From contig JBECKQ010000254.1 in the NCBI GenBank assembly GCA_040235375.1, positions 1 through 63,650 of the forward strand: 63,650 nt of DNA, given 5' to 3'. The first letter of the stretch is position 1. Each line of letters begins with the position of its first letter. The notes under the pieces are model-generated. The model worked only from the letters and a program-made list of their open reading frames with translations, was not told the origin of the DNA and did not search any database. Below are positions 55,121-63,260 of this stretch, piece by piece. Origin of the DNA: Phycisphaerae bacterium (lineage in GTDB: Bacteria > Planctomycetota > Phycisphaerae > UBA1845). Both the position numbers and the translations under genes were made by a program.

Positions 55121-55807
55121 GTGCAAACGGAAGATGATCGTGTGAAAGTCGCAATCCTCGACCTCGACGGCACCCTGATCGACAGCAACGGGGCACATGC
55201 CAAGGCCTATGTCGAGGCGATGGCAGAGCATGGTCACGATGTGCCCGTCGATCGGGTGCGGCCTCTGATTGGTCTGGGCAGAGACAAGCTGCTCCCGGAA
55301 GTGATTGGCGTTCAGTCTCACAGCGAGGAAGGCCGCAGCATTCTCGAACGTAAGGGGAGAATCTTCCGCGAGCGGTACGTGTCGCAGATTCAGCCGACGC
55401 GTGGCAGCAGACAGCTACTTGCCCATATGCACGCCCGCGGGTTGATGGTCGTGCTGGCCACCTCGGCGCGGGAAGAAGACCTCGTGCTGCTCCTCGATGC
55501 AGCCCGCTTGAAGGACCTTATCGACGAGAGATCCAATCCTCCCGACATCGAGGAGTCGCAGCCGGATCACGACATCGTGCAGGCCGCGCTCGACAAGAGC
55601 GGGTACTCCGCTGACGAAGCGTTGATGGTGGGCGATACACCGTATGACATCGAGGCCGCCCACCGGCTCGGCATGCGGATCATTGCTCTGCGGTGCGGCG
55701 GCGCGAAGTACAGCGACCTGATCGAGGCCGAGGCGATCTACGATGACCCGGCTGATCTCCTCGAGCACTTCGATCAAACGCCGCTTGCCGATGGTGTTGT
55801 CGACTGA
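55121..55807 (+). CDS. HAD-superfamily hydrolase (phosphoglycolate phosphatase-like)
   Basis: 'VAILDLDGTLIDSNGAH', 'LATSA' and 'MVGDTPYDIEAA'. An alternative GTG start lies at 55142. Confidence 0.85.
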   Translation: MQTEDDRVKVAILDLDGTLIDSNGAHAKAYVEAMAEHGHDVPVDRVRPLIGLGRDKLLPEVIGVQSHSEEGRSILERKGRIFRERYVSQIQPTRGSRQLLAHMHARGLMVVLATSAREEDLVLLLDAARLKDLIDERSNPPDIEESQPDHDIVQAALDKSGYSADEALMVGDTPYDIEAAHRLGMRIIALRCGGAKYSDLIEAEAIYDDPADLLEHFDQTPLADGVVD

Positions 55808-55811
55808 CCGA

Positions 55812-56744
55812 TCACACCAGGCACGCGACGAAACCCGCGTGCCCCGTCCCGCGTCCATCGCGTCGAAACGAGTAGCAGCCTTCGTTACAAATCGAGCAGA
55901 CGTTCGGCAGGTGAATCCGCGACGGCGGCACGCCGGCGGTGGCAAGCTGATCGGCGATCATGCCGGCCAGGTCCAACAGCAGGCGGCCGTCGTGGCACCG
56001 AACGCGATTCCCGTTGCCGGCTCGTCCCACCAGAACGCGAACGTCGTCTCTTATCTCGTAACAGCATTGTCCTGCACCAGGGGAGATGACGGCCACCAGG
56101 TCTCGCGGCGTAACTGCGAAGTGCTCCTGCAGGCTGCGAACGAGACAGCCGGGCATGCCGGCCACCGTCCCACGCCAACCGGAGTGAGCCACGCCGAGCA
56201 CGCCGCGAATCGGCTCGACCAGCAGGACGATCGGGCAGTCAGCGGACAGCGCCATCAGGGGAACAGTTCGTTCGTTCGTGACCAGCCCGTCGACGCCGTC
56301 GAGAAAGCGCGGCACATCGGCGCAATCCGAGCGCGACGCGACAGCGATGATCGTTCCGTGGATTTGCGTGCCGGCCGTCAGCCGGGCGAATGGAACGCCG
56401 ATCACCTCGCTCAGCGCCTTGTAGCGATTGCGGGTGCGTCGATGGTCCGGCCCGACGCGCATCGACATGTTGTAACCCGCCGGCGTGAATACGTGTTTCA
56501 AGCCGCCCATCTGGCCGAGTACGGCCGACTGCCACATGTGCGTGTGCAGCAGCGGCGTCTGCCGCCAAGCGGCATCGGGATAAGTGCAGCCTTCCGTTGA
56601 CATTTCGGCGAATGGTAGCCGGGCGCGCGCTTCGTGGCCACGAGCGTCGAGTCGGAAGCGCCAGCGGCGCCACAGCGCCTGCTCCGCCTTCGCGGCCAAC
56701 GAGCCGTAACCGTATTTTCCCCCAAGGGAATTCACCAATGGCAT
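55812..56744 (-). CDS. pgeF: Peptidoglycan editing factor PgeF (YfiH/DUF152 laccase-domain protein)
   Basis: 'QIHGTIIAV', 'ALSADCPIVLLVEP', 'GVAHSGWRGT' and 'VISPGAGQCCYEI'. The start codon is uncertain. Confidence 0.8.
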   Translation of the reverse strand: MPLVNSLGGKYGYGSLAAKAEQALWRRWRFRLDARGHEARARLPFAEMSTEGCTYPDAAWRQTPLLHTHMWQSAVLGQMGGLKHVFTPAGYNMSMRVGPDHRRTRNRYKALSEVIGVPFARLTAGTQIHGTIIAVASRSDCADVPRFLDGVDGLVTNERTVPLMALSADCPIVLLVEPIRGVLGVAHSGWRGTVAGMPGCLVRSLQEHFAVTPRDLVAVISPGAGQCCYEIRDDVRVLVGRAGNGNRVRCHDGRLLLDLAGMIADQLATAGVPPSRIHLPNVCSICNEGCYSFRRDGRGTGHAGFVACLV

Positions 56745-56890
56745 TACCCCGAACTGCTGCTAGACTGCGCGGACTCCTCCGAGATAGGGAGAGAGAGTTA
56801 GGGGTGCGAGAGGCCTTCGGTACCCCACGCCGGAGGCCTCTCGTGCTGATCTACGCCGGCCCTGCCACCTATTCACCTTGGCAAGCCCGA

Positions 56891-57364
56891 TTATGCGCCG
56901 GGCTCTCCGTCACCTCTTTCGCCGCGGCGGAACCACGAGCCGATCGATTCTTTCAGTGATGCCCAGCCCCCTTGTGGTGGCGGTGGCGGCGACGCTGCGT
57001 CCGCGGCGCGCCTTTCGCGGCGGAATCGCAGCCATGCGGGCTCAGCGGGCATGCCGCACTCGGGGCAGATACCCGATTCATTGCCATGCAGATCGTATCC
57101 GCAATGCACGCACTGCTTCGCCGTCAGCCGCCGACGGCGCTCGCTTTGCCATCGCGTGCCGCGCCACCAGTGCACCCCGGCCGGTATCACCGCCAGCGCC
57201 AACAGGCCGACCAGGGAGACCGCATCGATCAGTGCCAGAAGAACCGTGCCCAGCACGAAAAAGAGCCCATACGCCAGCCAGGGTGTAAGACGCTCCACTC
57301 TGTCGCGCGTGTGCCTCATCGTGCCCCCTGGCAGCGCCTCTGCGTCGAACACTGCGGGGCTCAT
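56891..57364 (-). CDS. Membrane protein with CGY...CPECG zinc ribbon
   Basis: TM pair 'WLAYGLFFVLGTVLLALIDAVSLVGLLALAVIPAG', then 'SERRRRLTAKQCVHCGYDLHGNESGICPECGMP'. Confidence 0.6.
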   Translation of the reverse strand: MSPAVFDAEALPGGTMRHTRDRVERLTPWLAYGLFFVLGTVLLALIDAVSLVGLLALAVIPAGVHWWRGTRWQSERRRRLTAKQCVHCGYDLHGNESGICPECGMPAEPAWLRFRRERRAADAASPPPPPQGGWASLKESIGSWFRRGERGDGEPGA

Positions 57365-57434
57365 GATACATCAAAGCAAATCAACTCCCACCCGTTCTCC
57401 TCCTGAGAGGGGAGGAGCTGCCTCGTCGTCAGTC

Positions 57435-57659
57435 TCAGTCTTCGTCGTCATGCGGAGGAACAAACGGTTTCGCCCCGGACACGTCGATCTCCCGCACTTC
57501 TCCGGTCACCGTGTTCACCAGGTACACGTGCTCGCCTTCGCCCACGGAGACGACGCCATACTCGCAACCGAACCGGTTGTGCTTCGCTGATACGGCCAGG
57601 CACCCGGTCAGGCTCATCAATGCCACGATGCTCAGCAGCCACGTCCCCAGTTGCTTCAT
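57435..57659 (-). CDS. Small lipoprotein (74 aa)
   Basis: 'MKQLGTWLLSIVALMSLTGC' (signal peptide plus lipobox). Confidence 0.55.
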   Translation of the reverse strand: MKQLGTWLLSIVALMSLTGCLAVSAKHNRFGCEYGVVSVGEGEHVYLVNTVTGEVREIDVSGAKPFVPPHDDED

Positions 57660-57867
57660 GTCGATGTTCTCCTGAATGGTGAGATGAGAGTCCTTCGCAC
57701 TCGCCTATTGGACCGTCGTCGCTGCGAGAGGTTAGCCGCCGTGCAAATGTCGCTTACTGTCAGCAGCACTGTGCATCTGCGCCCCGTCCACTACTATCAC
57801 GTTGCCAGCCTCGCGGGGCAGGGCGTGGCGTTTCAGGCGTCCGGCTATCCGAAAAGGAGCGTCCTCA

Positions 57868-58266
57868 ATGACCTCGGCAAAGCGACCACGCGTTCTCGAT
57901 GTCGGTCAGTGTGCGTTCGATCACGGCAACATCAGTGCGATGCTCGCCGAACGCTTCAGCGTCCATGTTGATCAGACACACACCGTCCACGAGGCAATCG
58001 AGAGAGTCGCGAATGTCGGCTACGACCTCGTGCTGGTCAACCGCATCCTCGATGGCAATGGACAGGAGGGTCTCGATCTCGTGCGGGGAATGAAGGCGGA
58101 CGAGCGAGTGCGGGCGACGCCGGTGATGCTGGTCAGCAACTACGACGAAGCTCAGGCCGCGGCCGTCGCGGCCGGAGCCGTGCGAGGATTCGGCAAGTCC
58201 GCCATCGCCGACCCGCAGACCGCCGAGCTTCTGGCTGAATACCTGGGCCGCCCTTCAGACCCCTGA
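57868..58266 (+). CDS. CheY-like pseudo-receiver (phospho-acceptor Asp replaced)
   Basis: ATG at 57868 with AAGGAG upstream. 'RVLDVGQCAF' replaces the DD pocket. 'YDLVLVNRILDGNGQEGLDL' has Asn at the acceptor position. 'PVMLVSN' and 'GFGKS' are retained. Confidence 0.7.
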   Translation: MTSAKRPRVLDVGQCAFDHGNISAMLAERFSVHVDQTHTVHEAIERVANVGYDLVLVNRILDGNGQEGLDLVRGMKADERVRATPVMLVSNYDEAQAAAVAAGAVRGFGKSAIADPQTAELLAEYLGRPSDP

Positions 58267-58294
58267 CGCCGGCTGTCAACCGACAGCCCCTCAC

Positions 58295-58322
58295 TGAAAA
58301 CTGAACACTGCAAACTGAGAGC
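58295..58322. repeat. Four tandem TGAnnAC-type heptads (tgaaaac tgaacac tgcaaac tgagagc)
   Basis: Preceded by the hairpin ggctgtc-aacc-gacagcc (58271-58288). It shares the 19-nt core with 39027-39045. Confidence 0.8.
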
Positions 58323-58666
58323 TACTCCCACAGGAAGAAGTCCTCGAGCTTGGTGACGTGCAGCAGCTCCTTGACGTTCGGCCGCAGGTTCGTCACGCGG
58401 ATCGTCCGCTCGAGGCCGCATGCCGTCCGCACCGCCAGCATCGCTCCGAGCTGCTTTGAGCTGATGGCCGGCAGATCCGCCAGATCGATCACCACTTCCC
58501 GCTCGTCGAGCAGCCCGGGGCGCGTCTTCAGCACCGACCCGATCATTCCTTCGAGATTCGGCGGGTATTCGAAGCCGTGCTCGAGCGATGCGGGATCGAA
58601 GCGAAACGTGACGTTTCGCGGCTCAACGTCAACCTGGAACGGCGGAAGCGCAAGTGTTTCGGACAT
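58322..58666 (-). CDS. STAS-domain protein (anti-sigma-factor-antagonist-like)
   Basis: Start 'MSETLALPPF'. 'VVIDLADLPAISSKQLGAMLAVRTAC...IRVTNLRPNVKELLHVTKLEDFF'. Confidence 0.8.
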   Translation of the reverse strand: MSETLALPPFQVDVEPRNVTFRFDPASLEHGFEYPPNLEGMIGSVLKTRPGLLDEREVVIDLADLPAISSKQLGAMLAVRTACGLERTIRVTNLRPNVKELLHVTKLEDFFLWE

Positions 58667-58746
58667 GGGTGGCTCCCATTCAGTATCTGCGAACCACCGC
58701 CATTGTCCGGTACGCACGTGCGGACCGCAAGCGAAGCCCGCGTTTG

Positions 58747-59082
58747 TCACAATAGCACGAGCGTGATGCCTTCGTTGTGGCGGTCGAGATCGCCGTCTCG
58801 CCGCAGCGCCGGCTGCCCATCCAGCAGGTCGCGGGACGCTTCGTCGAAGATGCTCCAGTTCTCGCCGGGAATGTACCCGCGGATCTCACCTTTCTTGCGC
58901 CGCTTGCGCAGCGACGCCCGGATACCCTTCTGCAGAGCGCCGCCGACGCCTGATGAACCGTAGCCGTGGATCAGTTTGATCACGCTTAGGCCGCCTCGTT
59001 TTGACGAGGCGATGGCATCGCTCAGCCGCCGGCGCGCCTCGTCCAGATTGGGCATTCCTTTTTTGAGATTCACTTCCGTCAT
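58747..59082 (-). CDS. Stand-alone Smr-domain protein
   Basis: Start 'MTEVNLKKGMP'. 'LSVIKLIHGYGSSGVGGALQ' is the Smr LxIHGxG core. Confidence 0.8.
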   Translation of the reverse strand: MTEVNLKKGMPNLDEARRRLSDAIASSKRGGLSVIKLIHGYGSSGVGGALQKGIRASLRKRRKKGEIRGYIPGENWSIFDEASRDLLDGQPALRRDGDLDRHNEGITLVLL

Positions 59083-59369
59083 CGACCACGATTCCCGTGC
59101 CACGCCGCTGGACACCCGCACCGCCAACCTGTGCCGGGCATTGTAATGTCGGCCTGTCGCCCTGCAGGATGGTCCGCGGTGCGCCTCCGCTCTCGAAAAC
59201 CCGGCGATTCTTGAGTTTTCGGCCATAGGCAATGCGAAAATGCATTGAATGGCTGCCATCAAGCTGGCACAATAGACGCTGGTCGGGCACTTGGTACGCG
59301 CAGTCGTTTGTCCCACACCCTCGCAGGGGTCGCGGACGGCGCTTGAGGTCTCGCAGCAGGTCGCACGCG

Positions 59370-61331
59370 ATGCACGAATTCCGACCGACAGATGATCCGT
59401 CGACCGCACCTGCTGTGCCCGGCTTTCGTCTGCTTCATCTCATCGGCCGCGGCGCGTTTGGCCAAGTCTGGTTGGCCGATGAAAACCTCACCGGCGTTCG
59501 TCGCGCGATCAAGCTCCTGCCGAAAATGGTGGCCGGACAGTACGACCCTGCGCGCGAACTCGCGGGGATAAGACAATACCAGAAGAAGTCGCGGAATCAC
59601 CCGTCGCTCATTCAGATCTACCACGCCGACGAGACGGACGGCTTCTACTACTACGTCATGGAACTGGCCGATCCGGAGGACGGCGCTGCCGGCAGCCAGA
59701 GCGACGGACCGCCTCCCGCTGTGGAAGGCGACGCCGCCTCCTCGCCGGCAGCGGACGCAACCCCGTATCAGCCCAAGACGCTCGCTTCGCTCATCATGCA
59801 GGAAGCACCGCTGCCCGCCGCACGGGCCCTCGAGATTATCGCCGATATTCTTCGCGGCCTCGAGTATCTCCACACCAACGGCCTGATTCACAGGGACGTC
59901 AAGCCGTCGAATATTCTCTTCGTCGACGGCCGAGCCAAACTTGCCGACGTCGGCCTCGTCACGAATGCCGACCGCGACGTGACGCAAGTTGGCACGCCAG
60001 GATACATGCCACCCGACGCCACGCTTGACCGTACCGCCGACTTGTACGCCGTCGGCGTCATTCTTTACGAAATGATCACGGGCCTCCACCGTTCGCGATT
60101 CCCGGAGCTGCCTGTGCTTTCACCGCGCACCGGTCGCGAGCGCCGGCTGCTGCGCGCCGCCATTCACATCTCGAACCGCGCCGCCCAGCCGGATCGCCGC
60201 CGCCGGTACGCCACCGCGGCAGCCCTCCTGCGGGATGTTGCCACCGGCCGTGCCCGCGGGTCGCGTCGCCGACTTCGTCTTCTTGCGGCGGCATGCGTGC
60301 TGATGGCCGCGGCGATCGGCCTGCCGGCTCTCCGCCGGCCACCGGCCTGCGTCTCCGCACGCGTGGACATGAATGACAACCACGTCCTGATTCTCGAGTA
60401 CGCAAACGGCAACGGACGCCGCATTGCCTTCCCGACGCGGGTCATGTCGGCCTGCATCGTCGATTTCGACGGCGACGGCCACAGCCTTGTCGCTGTCGGG
60501 ATGGGACGATCGGGCCCACTGCAGGGCGACCTCGTTATCTTTGACCCCGCCCGTCCCAACTCGGCCATCGATGCTCCTCTGTACAAGGAGAACCTCTACA
60601 AGACTCCACCGTGGCATCACCAGGAGTTTGCGCGGCCATGCCAGGTCAACGTCCTCATGGCCGGCGACCTCGACGGCAAACCGGGTCAGGAGCTCGTTGT
60701 CCAGGTCAACCACGATGAGTGCCCCACCCATCTGATCGTCTTCAGTGGCGTCGGCGTCGAGCTAAGCGAGCACTGGCATTATGGGCATATGGGAGGTCTG
60801 ATTGCTGCCGCCGACCTTACCGGCGACGGCCTGCCAGAACTGGTCTGCGCCGGGATTGCGAATGAACGCGACGAGAGCATTCCGCCAGGCGCCGTTAGCG
60901 AAACGCTGCATGAGGCCGTCATGGTCATTGACCCGCGCAGTTCGGGCCGCCGGAGCTGGAGCATGAATCCCTGGATGAACGACGAGGCCGAGGCTTTCCT
61001 CGCGTACGGCTACTTCAAGGCATTTCCGGATCAGCCGCACCTCGGGTACCCTTCGTACTGCGCCTCCTCCATCGTACTGAAGGTGGGTTCGTCGCTGCCC
61101 ATCCGAATCGGAACCGTGAACGGTCTGCTCTGCGAGTTCAACGCTCAGCTTGAGTTACTGAGGATCCGCCCGGCCAACGCGGCACAGTTCCCGAAGCAAC
61201 CACCCCCGGAAGCTGATAATATCTGGGTCCGAATGTGGCCACTGGCGCAAAAACAACGACAAACTGGCGAGCCACCGCCGAATAGGGGGATGGTGACATC
61301 GCCAGTGGGGCCAGACCGCCGTGGCGGGTAA
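59370..61331 (+). CDS. Ser/Thr protein kinase with one TM segment and an extracytoplasmic FG-GAP/VCBS-like beta-propeller
   Basis: 'LIGRGAFGQVWLA', 'IHRDVKPSNILF', 'KLADVGLV' and 'GTPGYMPPD'. TM segment 'LRLLAAACVLMAAAIGLPAL'. Repeats 'FDGDGHSLVAVG', 'GDLDGKPGQELVV' and 'DLTGDGLPELVCAG'. Confidence 0.85.
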   Translation: MHEFRPTDDPSTAPAVPGFRLLHLIGRGAFGQVWLADENLTGVRRAIKLLPKMVAGQYDPARELAGIRQYQKKSRNHPSLIQIYHADETDGFYYYVMELADPEDGAAGSQSDGPPPAVEGDAASSPAADATPYQPKTLASLIMQEAPLPAARALEIIADILRGLEYLHTNGLIHRDVKPSNILFVDGRAKLADVGLVTNADRDVTQVGTPGYMPPDATLDRTADLYAVGVILYEMITGLHRSRFPELPVLSPRTGRERRLLRAAIHISNRAAQPDRRRRYATAAALLRDVATGRARGSRRRLRLLAAACVLMAAAIGLPALRRPPACVSARVDMNDNHVLILEYANGNGRRIAFPTRVMSACIVDFDGDGHSLVAVGMGRSGPLQGDLVIFDPARPNSAIDAPLYKENLYKTPPWHHQEFARPCQVNVLMAGDLDGKPGQELVVQVNHDECPTHLIVFSGVGVELSEHWHYGHMGGLIAAADLTGDGLPELVCAGIANERDESIPPGAVSETLHEAVMVIDPRSSGRRSWSMNPWMNDEAEAFLAYGYFKAFPDQPHLGYPSYCASSIVLKVGSSLPIRIGTVNGLLCEFNAQLELLRIRPANAAQFPKQPPPEADNIWVRMWPLAQKQRQTGEPPPNRGMVTSPVGPDRRGG

Positions 61332-61395
61332 TGGGGTAAGCCCGGCCGCTGCCGGTCCTGTTCAATCCGCGAGTCCAAAAGAGGCCACCGACATC

Positions 61396-62076
61396 ATGAA
61401 CCAGGACATCAACGCCCCCACGACCACCACGCAGACGCGAACGTCCACGACGCTCCTCGCCCGTGTGGCCACGACCGGCGACGAGCCGGCCTGCACGGCC
61501 TTCGTCGAGCGATACACGCCACTCGTTCGCACCGTCGCCTTCTCCGCCGGGCTCTCCGCCGAGGACTGCGACGATGTTGTTCAGGAAGTGATGATCGGCG
61601 CTATCGACGCACTGCGAAGTCACCGCTATGACCGCGAGATCGGCCGGTTCAAGAGCTGGTTGAAGGGCGTCGTCTACCACAAGGTTCTTGACGCCCGCAG
61701 CGCGCACGCCCGGCAGGCCGCCGGGGGAAAGCAGACGCTCGAGCATCTCGGTCGCGGCTCACCGCCGGCGCGTTCCATCCTTCGCGCAAAAACCGCGCTT
61801 GCAGACATGGCCGACCCGGCCCCGACGCCCGACGCCCATTTCGAGGCCACCTTCGAGGCCGAATGGCAGAAGGCCGCTATGGAGGTGGCATTGGACGAAA
61901 TCCGCCACGAGATAGACCCGCTCACCTACCAGGCGTTCGATCTCTATGCCCGTAAGAACCGTCCCCCACGGGAGATCGCCCGTCTGCTGGGCATTTCCCG
62001 CAACAGCGTCTACCTGGCGAAGTCCCGCATCGTCGCCCGCCTGCGGGAAAAGCTCAACGACGAGCCATCACTCTGA
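61396..62076 (+). CDS. ECF-type sigma-70 factor with a Thr-rich N-terminal extension
   Basis: Start 'MNQDINAPTTTTQTRTSTT'. Region 2 'SAEDCDDVVQEVMIGA' and region 4 'REIARLLGISRNSVYLAKSRIVARLRE'. Confidence 0.85.
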   Translation: MNQDINAPTTTTQTRTSTTLLARVATTGDEPACTAFVERYTPLVRTVAFSAGLSAEDCDDVVQEVMIGAIDALRSHRYDREIGRFKSWLKGVVYHKVLDARSAHARQAAGGKQTLEHLGRGSPPARSILRAKTALADMADPAPTPDAHFEATFEAEWQKAAMEVALDEIRHEIDPLTYQAFDLYARKNRPPREIARLLGISRNSVYLAKSRIVARLREKLNDEPSL

Positions 62077-62170
62077 GCGGGTGCCGGCGATTTTCGGAAC
62101 CCCGGCTGTCGTTGTCTGCTGAGGCTTATCCGGATTGCGTAGGCCGCGAGCTTGCAATATCCTCTCGCTC

Positions 62171-62728
62171 ATGGCTATCCAGTTCCCATGCCCGTCCTGC
62201 CACAAGCAGATTGAAATCGATGGCGAATGGGCCGGCCGAACCGTCGAGTGCCCGTACTGCCAGGCGGCAGTCCCGGCTCCCTCCGCTCCGGCCTCGGACA
62301 CTGGGGACCGGGTGATGGCTCGGCCGATCGCGGAGTCGCCGCAATACGGGTTCGCAGAGCCCTACTCGGAGAAGCCGACGGGTAATCCGATCGCGGTGGT
62401 GGCCCTCGTGCTTGCACTCATCGGCACCGCCCTCATTGTGGCCATGTCGTTGGTCGCCCAGGCCAAGCTTGCAGCGATGTTCCCCCCGGGTGCGACGCCG
62501 ACGCCGGAGCAACTCCAGGAGGCCATGAAATCGGCGATGCAGAAGGGTGATATGGGCCTTGCGGTCGCGAGCCTGGGCATGCTGGCGGGCGGGCTGGTGG
62601 CTCTGGCGGGCTTTGTCTGCGCCATCGTCGCTCTGACGCGACCTGTCCGGCGGGGTATCGCGATCGCTGCGCTGCTCATCGCCATTGCGCCCGTGCTGCT
62701 TGTGCTCGCGCAATTGGTCGCTGGCTAG
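62171..62728 (+). CDS. Membrane protein with N-terminal zinc ribbon
   Basis: 'MAIQFPCPSCHKQIEIDGEWAGRTVECPYCQ', followed by 3-4 hydrophobic segments. Confidence 0.6.
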   Translation: MAIQFPCPSCHKQIEIDGEWAGRTVECPYCQAAVPAPSAPASDTGDRVMARPIAESPQYGFAEPYSEKPTGNPIAVVALVLALIGTALIVAMSLVAQAKLAAMFPPGATPTPEQLQEAMKSAMQKGDMGLAVASLGMLAGGLVALAGFVCAIVALTRPVRRGIAIAALLIAIAPVLLVLAQLVAG

Positions 62729-62958
62729 CCGGCGCGTTCTCGCGTCATCGGGGCCGTTCCGATGCCCGTTCGGAACGTTGAAAAGGCCGTCCCCGCCGGG
62801 CTTGACTTGCCTGATTTCTGTGGTATCTATACCGATGGTCGTCGAGAATGGCGGCCACGTGAGCCCGTCTGCGGCGGGCTGCAAGTCGCCCCACTGGCTG
62901 GGGTTACTGCCAGGATGGTCGAGGCGAGTGCATCGGCCCGCAGGGGCGGTGCTGGCTC

Positions 62959-62986
62959 TTGACATCCGGTCAGGGCTCTCTAGACT
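62959..62986 (+). promoter_or_regulatory. Sigma70-like promoter candidate TTGACA-N16-TAGACT upstream of the 16S gene
   Basis: Perfect -35, about 275 nt upstream of the predicted 16S 5' end. Confidence 0.35.
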
Positions 62987-63260
62987 TAGGGGCTCGCGTC
63001 GCCGAGCCGGACCGGTCCGGCGACAATGCTCTTTGACAAGTGAACAGGTACATGTCGCCGTGAGAATGTGAGCCGGCTCCGCGGACGCGTCTTAAGTGCC
63101 GTGGGACGGCTGATCCAAGAGGCGCCGAAAAGGCGTCTCATGGTGTGGTGCGGTCTTTTCACAAGATCGCGTCGGTCACATTCTTGCGAGCGCGCGCAAG
63201 TGTGTTTGGCCCAAGATCGATTCGACCATCGTCGTCTTCGGACGGCGGTGATTGGATACT

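Noticed and set aside
63033-63038. Second TTGACA hexamer in the 16S leader, as a possible P2 promoter
   Set aside because: No acceptable -10 hexamer lies at 16-18 nt spacing. The nearest 'gagaat' is 23 nt away.
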